DNA of 32,000 nucleotides, taken from positions 1,620,001 to 1,652,000 of the forward strand of contig NC_008340.1 in NCBI RefSeq assembly GCF_000014785.1. Reading direction: 5' to 3'. Shown here piece after piece: positions 26,316-32,000 of this stretch. The notes under the pieces were generated by a model, which saw only the letters and a program-made list of their open reading frames with translations, was not told the DNA's origin and did not search any database. How positions within the stretch are numbered: the stretch's first letter is position 1; each line of letters starts with the position of its first letter. This stretch comes from Alkalilimnicola ehrlichii MLHE-1. Lineage in GTDB: Bacteria; Pseudomonadota; Gammaproteobacteria; Nitrococcales; Halorhodospiraceae. A program made the translations under genes and the position numbers.

Positions 26316-27032
26316 TCAGGGGCAGTGCACGGGCAGTTCGCGGGTCAGCTCGATACCCTCCGGGCTCGGCCCGCCCTGCAGCGCGTAGGCCTCCATGCCA
26401 TCGGCCAGGGCGGCGCGCAGGGCCTGGCCGTAAGCCCGGTCGATGGCATCGGCAGGATGCACCTCACGGACATCCGGGCGCTGCACGCAGAATACCAGGG
26501 CAGTGCGCCGCCCTGCCCGGGCTTCGGCGGCGAGCACGTCCAGGTGCCGGGTGCCGCGGGCGCTCACCGCATCCGGGAACAGCGCGACCCCGTCGGCCAC
26601 CGCCGCGGTTACATTCTTGACCTCCAGCAGGCAGTCGGGTTCACCCTCGCTATGATCGCCCAGCAGCAGGTCGGCGCGCATCGGGCGGTTGACGACCCGC
26701 ACCTCCCGGCGCACCCGGCGGTACCCGCGCAGCGCCGGCAATCGGCCGGCGAGCAGCGCTTCCTCCACTAGGGCGTTGGCGCGCCCGGTGTGCACCCCGA
26801 CCACCACGCCCGCCGCCACCTCCACGAGCTCCCAGGTATAGGCGTACTTGCGCCGGGGGTTGTCCGAGCGGGAGACCCAGACCCGGGAGCCGGGCTCGGC
26901 ACAGCCCATCATCGAGCCGGTGTTGGGGCAATGCGCGGTGATCCGCTCGCCGCTATCCAGTGTGATGTCGGCGAGAAAGCGTTTGTACCGTCGTATCAGT
27001 TGGCCGCCCTGCAAGGGGGTGTCGAAAATCAT
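26316..27032 (-). CDS. sfsA: sugar fermentation stimulation protein SfsA (nuclease-fold DNA-binding protein)
   Basis: 238 aa, with 'RYKRFLADI' and 'AHCPNTGSM'. Confidence 0.9.
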   Translation of the reverse strand: MIFDTPLQGGQLIRRYKRFLADITLDSGERITAHCPNTGSMMGCAEPGSRVWVSRSDNPRRKYAYTWELVEVAAGVVVGVHTGRANALVEEALLAGRLPALRGYRRVRREVRVVNRPMRADLLLGDHSEGEPDCLLEVKNVTAAVADGVALFPDAVSARGTRHLDVLAAEARAGRRTALVFCVQRPDVREVHPADAIDRAYGQALRAALADGMEAYALQGGPSPEGIELTRELPVHCP

Positions 27033-27095
27033 GCGATACGTCCGTTTCTGCTCGCGCGGTGGCGGGTATTCGTGGTCGGCGGAGAGTGTAACCGT

Positions 27096-27123
27096 TTTAC
27101 CGGGGGGTGCGGGATGATATATT
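27096..27123 (+). promoter_or_regulatory. candidate promoter for the secreted-protein/aguA/aguB/DAHPS cluster
   Basis: TTTACC (27096-27101), a 16-nt spacer, then TATATT (27118-27123). Motif match only. Confidence 0.3.
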
Positions 27124-27157
27124 CGCCGAAACGGCGCGGGGAGGACCCTTGAAGCAG

Positions 27158-27475
27158 ATGAAACCCCACATCGGTGTCAGTGCCCTGATCATCGCCCTGA
27201 GCCTGTGGCCGGCGGTGCAGGCCGGCGAGGTGCGTCAACAGCCCTCTATAGAAGGTACCGTCCTGTTGATCGAGCTTCTAGAGCGGGAGCGCGACCTGGC
27301 CGAACAACGTCCGCGTGGCGGCATGACCCAGGCACAGGTCGAGAGCGCCTTCGGCGCGCCGCAGACGCGGCACCGCCCCGTGGGCGAGCCGCCGATTGCC
27401 CGCTGGGTCTACGAGGACTTCATCGTCTATTTCGAGTACGACCGCGTCATCCGAGCCGTGAGCCGGCGGCAATGA
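27158..27475 (+). CDS. small secreted protein, possibly BamE/SmpA_OmlA-like
   Basis: Has a signal peptide 'MKPHIGVSALIIALSLWPAVQA|GE' with no lipobox Cys. The C-terminal 'GMTQAQVESAFGAP....W.YEDFIVYFEYDRVIRAV' resembles the BamE-type fold pattern by eye. Codon bias looks coding. Confidence 0.6.
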   Translation: MKPHIGVSALIIALSLWPAVQAGEVRQQPSIEGTVLLIELLERERDLAEQRPRGGMTQAQVESAFGAPQTRHRPVGEPPIARWVYEDFIVYFEYDRVIRAVSRRQ

Positions 27476-27503
27476 ACCGCAGCACCTGCCTAATCCTGAT
27501 GTC

Positions 27504-28601
27504 GTGATTCCACCGCTCACCCCCTGGGCCCAACGCCCCCGTTTGCCCGCCGAATGGGAGCGGCAGGCGGCCGTGCAATTGACTTGGCCCCACGACCGGG
27601 ACGGGCTCTGGGGCGACCAGCTCCCGGCTGTGGAGGGCTGCTTTGTGGCGATGGCGAGTGCTATCGCCGCTCACCAGCCGGTACTGGTCGTCTGCCACGA
27701 CGAGCGACTGCGCGAGCGTGTGGACGTGCTGCTGGCCCGGGCCGGCATGGCCGCAGAGGCCCGCCGCCTGGCCGTGGCGCCATCGAACGATATATGGGCG
27801 CGGGACCACGGGCCGATCACAGTGCTCAACGGTGACGGCCGCCCGCTTATCCAGGATTTCGCCTTCAACGGGTGGGGCCAGCGTTACCGCGCCGATCGAG
27901 ACGATGTGATCACGCAGCACCTGGTCCAGCAGGGCGTCTTCGGTGAGTCCCGCTTCCGCCGAGTGGAGTGGGTGCTGGAGGGAGGCGCAATCGATGCCGA
28001 CGGCGCCGGCACCCTGTTGACCACCACCCGGTGTCTGCTGAACGACAACCGAAACCCGGGGGCCACCCGGGCGCAGGTGGAACAGCAATTGATCGCCCGG
28101 CTAGGCGCCAGCCGCGTCCTCTGGCTGGAACGGGGCGGGTTGACCGGGGATGACACCGACGGCCATGTGGATATGCTGGCCCGCTTCGTCGATCCGGAGA
28201 CCATCGTCTACCAGGCCTGCGATGATCCGGACGACGCGGACTACCCGGAGCTTCAGGCCATGCTCAGCGCCTTACGCGGCTTCACGACCCTGCGCGGTGG
28301 CGGGTACCGCCTGGTCCCCCTGCCCTGGCCGGCGATCAAGCGCGATGAGCAGGGGATGCGCCTGCCGGCCAGCTATGCCAACTTTTTGATCATCAACGGG
28401 GCGGTGCTGGTGCCTCAGTATCAGGACCCGGCCGACGACCGGGCCCGGGCGGTGCTGGGTGAGCTGTTTCCCGATCGCGAGATCATCGGCATTCCCGCCG
28501 TGCCGCTCATTCAGCAGCACGGCAGCGTCCACTGTGCCACCATGCAACTGCCGGCCGGTGTCACCGTTGTTGCGCCGGACCCGGCCGGGCACGCGGCCTG
28601 A
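27504..28601 (+). CDS. aguA: agmatine deiminase
   Basis: 365 aa, with 'LPAEWE', 'WARDHGP', 'DGHVD' and the C-terminal catalytic 'GSVHCATMQ'. The GTG start has no clear SD, so the exact start is uncertain. Confidence 0.9.
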   Translation: MIPPLTPWAQRPRLPAEWERQAAVQLTWPHDRDGLWGDQLPAVEGCFVAMASAIAAHQPVLVVCHDERLRERVDVLLARAGMAAEARRLAVAPSNDIWARDHGPITVLNGDGRPLIQDFAFNGWGQRYRADRDDVITQHLVQQGVFGESRFRRVEWVLEGGAIDADGAGTLLTTTRCLLNDNRNPGATRAQVEQQLIARLGASRVLWLERGGLTGDDTDGHVDMLARFVDPETIVYQACDDPDDADYPELQAMLSALRGFTTLRGGGYRLVPLPWPAIKRDEQGMRLPASYANFLIINGAVLVPQYQDPADDRARAVLGELFPDREIIGIPAVPLIQQHGSVHCATMQLPAGVTVVAPDPAGHAA

Positions 28602-28645
28602 GGCCCCGGCACGCCGCTACCCGTACCGAGACGGAGGACCCTGCC

Positions 28646-29530
28646 ATGGCCCCTTTGCGTGTCGCCCTGGTCCAGCAACGCTGCGGCCCGGACCCCGATG
28701 ACAACCTCCACCGGACGCTGACCGCCATCGCCGAAGCCGCCGGCCGGGGGGCCGGCCTGGTCCTGCTCCAGGAGCTGCATCGGGGGCGCTACTTCTGCCA
28801 GCAGGAGGATCCGGCCTGTTTCGACCAGGCGGAGCCCGTACCCGGTCCCACCACGGACGCCCTCGGCACGGCAGCACGCGAGCACGGCGTGGTGGTCGTC
28901 GGCTCGGTGTTCGAGCGGCGCGCCCCGGGGCTCTACCACAACACGGCCGTGGTGCTCGATGCGGACGGCAGCCTCGCCGGGCGCTACAGGAAGATGCATA
29001 TCCCGGATGATCCGGGCTACTACGAGAAGTTCTATTTTACCCCGGGCGACTTGGGCTTCGAGCCCGTCCAGACCCGTGTCGGCCGGCTGGGGGTGCTGGT
29101 GTGCTGGGACCAATGGTTCCCCGAAGCGGCCCGTCTGATGGCGCTGGCCGGGGCGGAGGTGCTGCTCTACCCTACCGCCATAGGCTGGACGCCCGATGAC
29201 CGCCCCGATGAACAGGCGCGTCAGCGGGAGGCTTGGATGCTGGCGCAACGGGGCCACGCGGTGAGCAACGGCTTGCCGGTACTGGCCTGTAACCGCACCG
29301 GCGAGGAACCGGACCCGGAGCACCCGGACCAAGGCATCCGTTTCTGGGGCGGCAGCTTCGTCTGCGGCCCGCAGGGCGAGATCCTGGCCCAGGCGGCCAC
29401 CGATGAGGAGTGCGTCCTGACTGTGGACGTTGACCTGCAGGCGGTGGAGCAGGTGCGCCGTATCTGGCCCTTCCTGCGCGACCGGCGTATCGATGCCTAC
29501 AGCGATTTACTTAAACGTTTCAGGGACTAA
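28646..29530 (+). CDS. aguB: N-carbamoylputrescine amidase (nitrilase superfamily)
   Basis: 294 aa. The Glu-Lys-Cys triad context is present: 'LLQEL', 'YRKMHIP' and 'VLVCWDQWFPE'. Directly follows aguA. Confidence 0.9.
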   Translation: MAPLRVALVQQRCGPDPDDNLHRTLTAIAEAAGRGAGLVLLQELHRGRYFCQQEDPACFDQAEPVPGPTTDALGTAAREHGVVVVGSVFERRAPGLYHNTAVVLDADGSLAGRYRKMHIPDDPGYYEKFYFTPGDLGFEPVQTRVGRLGVLVCWDQWFPEAARLMALAGAEVLLYPTAIGWTPDDRPDEQARQREAWMLAQRGHAVSNGLPVLACNRTGEEPDPEHPDQGIRFWGGSFVCGPQGEILAQAATDEECVLTVDVDLQAVEQVRRIWPFLRDRRIDAYSDLLKRFRD

Positions 29531-29533
29531 GAA

Positions 29534-30664
29534 ATGATCCTAATCCTAGCGCCAGACACTGATCGCGAGAGCCCCCAATACCACGAAATGCTCGATCACC
29601 TGAGCCGCCTGCCAGGGGTGACGGCGCGGGTCCACCAGGTTCAGGGGCGGGAGCAGACGCTCACCGAAGTCTACCTCCTGGGCAATACCGCCGCCCTGGA
29701 GGAGTCCGAGATGGCGGCCCTGCCCTGCGTGGAGCGGGTGGTGCGGGTTTCGGCCGATTATCGCATCCTGGGCCGGCACAAGGACGATGACCGGGCGGCG
29801 CATTTCGCCTATAACGGCGTGGATTTCAGCCAGGATAACCTGCACGTCTTCGCCGGCCTCTGCGCCGTCGACACCCCGGAGCACGTGGACCAGACCATGC
29901 GGGCGGTGGCCGAAGCCGGCCTAAGCTGCACCCGGATGGGTGCCTACAAGCCCCGCACCAACCCCTACGCCTTCCAGGGCCATGGCAAGCGCTGCCTGCC
30001 CTGGGTCTTTGAGTCCGCCGGACGCCACGGCATCAAGGTGATCGCCATGGAGGTGACCCACGATGGCCACCTGGAGGAGATCCATGACGCCCTGGAGGCG
30101 GCCGGCCGACCGACCGGGGTGATGCTCCAGATCGGCACCCGCAATACCCAGAACTTCGAGTTGCTCAAGCACGTGGGCCGGCAGACCGACTTTCCGGTCC
30201 TGCTCAAGCGGGGCTTTGGGATCACCCTTGAGGAGTCCTTGAACGCCGCCGAATACCTGGCCAGCGAAGGCAACAGCCGGGTCATCTTCTGCCTGCGCGG
30301 CATGAAGACCCATCTCGGCGACCCGCACCGCAACTTCGTTGACTTCACACACATTCCGGTAGTGAAACGCCTGACCCGGATGCCGGTCTGTATCGACCCC
30401 TCCCACTCGGTGGGGTCCCGGGCCGCCTCACCCGATGGCATCATGGATATGATGCACGCCACCGCCCAAGGGGTGGTCGCCGGCGCCAACATGATCCTGC
30501 TGGACGTGCACCCGGCGCCACAAAAGGCCCTGGTGGACGGGCCCCAGGCCCTGCGGCTCGAGGAACTGCCCTGGTTCCTCGAGGACGTCCGTCTGGCGCG
30601 CGAGGCCTACGAACGGCGCCGTGACCTCGCGCAGCGCTTCCTGGCCGAGCAGAATAGGCAGTAA
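29534..30664 (+). CDS. aroF: 3-deoxy-7-phosphoheptulonate (DAHP) synthase, type I-beta, with an N-terminal ferredoxin-like regulatory domain
   Basis: Contains 'FAGLCAV', 'YKPRTNPYAFQG', 'IGTRNTQNFELL', 'LLKRG', 'DPSHSVG' and 'DVHPAPQKALVDGPQAL'. The first 85 aa or so show a beta-alpha-beta-beta-alpha-beta pattern like the Thermotoga maritima enzyme. Confidence 0.88.
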   Translation: MILILAPDTDRESPQYHEMLDHLSRLPGVTARVHQVQGREQTLTEVYLLGNTAALEESEMAALPCVERVVRVSADYRILGRHKDDDRAAHFAYNGVDFSQDNLHVFAGLCAVDTPEHVDQTMRAVAEAGLSCTRMGAYKPRTNPYAFQGHGKRCLPWVFESAGRHGIKVIAMEVTHDGHLEEIHDALEAAGRPTGVMLQIGTRNTQNFELLKHVGRQTDFPVLLKRGFGITLEESLNAAEYLASEGNSRVIFCLRGMKTHLGDPHRNFVDFTHIPVVKRLTRMPVCIDPSHSVGSRAASPDGIMDMMHATAQGVVAGANMILLDVHPAPQKALVDGPQALRLEELPWFLEDVRLAREAYERRRDLAQRFLAEQNRQ

Positions 30665-30720
30665 CCGCCGCCGCCGGCCCGGGCCGCCCGGCCAACGAGG
30701 GCACAGGCGCTCGGGCGGCT

Positions 30721-30750
30721 GTGTCATTCCGCCATTTTTCCGGTTAGAAT
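30721..30750 (+). promoter_or_regulatory. candidate promoter for infA
   Basis: GTGTCA (30721-30726), an 18-nt spacer, then TAGAAT (30745-30750). Motif match only. Confidence 0.3.
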
Positions 30751-30838
30751 GCCCGACGACTTGAATTCGGCGCCCCTGGCACCCGCTGCCGGGGGCACCC
30801 CGACACCGGTTTTGTCAGGCAACGCAGAGAGAGGCTGA

Positions 30839-31057
30839 ATGGCAAAGGAAGAGTCCATCAAGATGAACGGCACGGTCATCGAGACCCTGCCGAACACCAT
30901 GTTCCGCGTTGAGCTGGAGAACGGTCACGTGGTGACCGCCCACATCTCCGGGAAGATGCGCAAGCACTACATCCGCATCCTCACCGGCGACAAGGTGACC
31001 GTGGAGTTGACGCCCTACGACCTGAGCAAGGGCCGCATCACCTACCGCGCCCGTTAA
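30839..31057 (+). CDS. infA: translation initiation factor IF-1
   Basis: 72 aa: '[59 protein letters not shown]'. Confidence 0.97.
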   Translation: MAKEESIKMNGTVIETLPNTMFRVELENGHVVTAHISGKMRKHYIRILTGDKVTVELTPYDLSKGRITYRAR

Positions 31058-31102
31058 GGCCGGCCCCGTGCCGCGCACGGCCCGCGAACGGTGAAACGGG
31101 CA

Positions 31103-31120
31103 GGCGCCTGATCAGGCGCC
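31103..31120. repeat. perfect 18-nt palindrome overlapping the clpA stop codon; possible bidirectional terminator hairpin
   Basis: GGCGCCTGA|TCAGGCGCC. The central TCA at 31112-31114 is the clpA stop on the minus strand. No clean U-tract on either side. Confidence 0.35.
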
Positions 31121-32000
31121 CGCCGCGTCCGCCTCCCGGACGTTGATCTTCAGCTCGCCGTCCTCCACGCTGACCTCAACCTCGCCGCCGTCAGCAAGCT
31201 CCCCGAACAGCAGCTTCTCGGCCAGCGGCTTCTTGACGTGCTGCTGGATGATCCGGGCCATGGGTCGGGCGCCCATGCTGGGATCGTAGCCCTTCTCGCC
31301 CAGCCAGCGCCGCGCCGCACCATCGACCATGAGCGTAACCCGCTTTTCGGCCAACTGCACCGAGAGCTCGCGCACGAACTTGTCGACCACCCGCTGCACG
31401 TTGTCCTCGTCCAGCGGGTTGAACTGGACCACGGCATCCAGCCGATTGCGGAACTCCGGCGTGAACTGGCGCTTGATGGCCTCCAGCCCGTCGCTGCTGT
31501 GGTCCTGCGGCATGAAGCCGATGGAGCGACGGCTCATGTCCTCAGCGCCCGCGTTGGTGGTCATAATCAGAATGACATTGCGGAAGTCCGCCTCGCGACC
31601 GTTGTTGTCGGTGAGGGTACCGTGGTCCATCACCTGTAACAGCAGGTTGAAGACGTCCGGGTGGGCCTTCTCCAGCTCGTCAAGCAGGACCACCGAGTGC
31701 GGGTGCTTGATGACCTCCTCGGTGAGCAGGCCGCCCTGGTCGTAGCCCACGTACCCCGGGGGCGCACCGATGAGCCGCGAGACCGTGTGCCGCTCCATGT
31801 ACTCCGACATATCGAAGCGGATCAGCTTCACGCCCATCAGCTCGGCCAGCCGGCGGGAGACCTCGGTCTTGCCCACACCGGTGGGGCCGGAGAAGAGGAA
31901 GCTGCCCACCGGCTTCTCCGGCTGGCCCAGCCCGGCGCGGGAGAGCTTGATGGTGGAGGCGAGGGTGTCGATGGCCTCGTCCTGGCCGAAAATCAGCCCC
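31112..32000 (-). CDS. clpA: ATP-dependent Clp protease ATP-binding subunit ClpA, C-terminal part; the 5' end lies outside the window
   Basis: The frame stays open to base 32000 ('GLIFGQDEAIDTLASTIKLSRAGLGQPEKPVGSFLFSGPTGVGKTEV..'). This is the second AAA+ module and the C-terminal D2-small domain. Convergent with infA, as in E. coli. Confidence 0.92.
   Translation of the reverse strand, partial: GLIFGQDEAIDTLASTIKLSRAGLGQPEKPVGSFLFSGPTGVGKTEVSRRLAELMGVKLIRFDMSEYMERHTVSRLIGAPPGYVGYDQGGLLTEEVIKHPHSVVLLDELEKAHPDVFNLLLQVMDHGTLTDNNGREADFRNVILIMTTNAGAEDMSRRSIGFMPQDHSSDGLEAIKRQFTPEFRNRLDAVVQFNPLDEDNVQRVVDKFVRELSVQLAEKRVTLMVDGAARRWLGEKGYDPSMGARPMARIIQQHVKKPLAEKLLFGELADGGEVEVSVEDGELKINVREADAAGA

Noticed and set aside
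27489-29547. The AT-rich 9-mer CCTAATCCT occurs just upstream of the aguA GTG (27489-27497) and again in codons 2-5 of the DAHP synthase gene (29539-29547).
   Set aside because: There are only two copies. A rough base-composition estimate gives a chance recurrence on the order of 0.1 in a window this size. It has no dyad symmetry or known motif. I note it, but it is not enough to call a regulatory element.
1-32000. A whole-window scan for mobile elements, tRNA/rRNA genes, CRISPR repeats, integrases, toxin-antitoxin pairs, restriction-modification or other defence genes, and compositional islands.
   Set aside because: None was found by eye. Every substantial gap is 416 nt or shorter and is accounted for by promoters, leaders or terminators. 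Gene content and order are those of a conserved housekeeping region. A computational scan (tRNAscan, Rfam, ISfinder, defence-system HMMs) would be needed to exclude small RNAs formally.

Overview
This is a GC-rich chromosomal core segment of gammaproteobacterial type; third codon positions are almost all G/C. I call 35 protein genes. One of them, rpmF (59 aa), is missing from the supplied ORF track. I also call a few promoters and terminators.

Gene order:
- aminotransferase (partial)
- pilZ-holB-tmk-mltG-pabC-fabF-acpP-fabG-fabD-fabH-plsX-rpmF-yceD (minus strand), diverging from maf
- sppA-rluC (minus strand), diverging from rne
- LMW-PTP, a small orphan ORF, kdsB-lpxK-exbD-exbB, comEC
- DUF2062, lolD-lolC(E), sfsA
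- a plus-strand cluster: small secreted protein, aguA, aguB, type I-beta DAHP synthase
- infA, then clpA (partial)

From memory, this order is almost colinear with the Pseudomonas aeruginosa pilZ...lolC region. That comparison needs database confirmation.

I found no tRNA or rRNA, CRISPR array, IS element, integrase, phage gene, toxin-antitoxin pair or recognisable defence genes. I cannot support the presence of a new multi-gene system here, so this looks like an ordinary housekeeping region.

The items worth a second look are modest:
- an orphan 89-aa ORF wedged convergently between kdsB and the phosphatase gene
- an unusual linkage of aguA-aguB with a ferredoxin-like-domain DAHP synthase
- a ComEC whose C-terminal metallo-beta-lactamase-like domain appears to lack its His/Asp motif
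- a TonB-less ExbBD pair tied to lpxK-kdsB
- a single-permease Lol locus
- a near-consensus promoter abutting the yceD start codon (possibly a leaderless mRNA)
- intrinsic terminators inside the fab supraoperon

Nearly all the long extra ORFs in the six-frame track are codon-aligned antisense shadows or in-frame upstream extensions of real genes.
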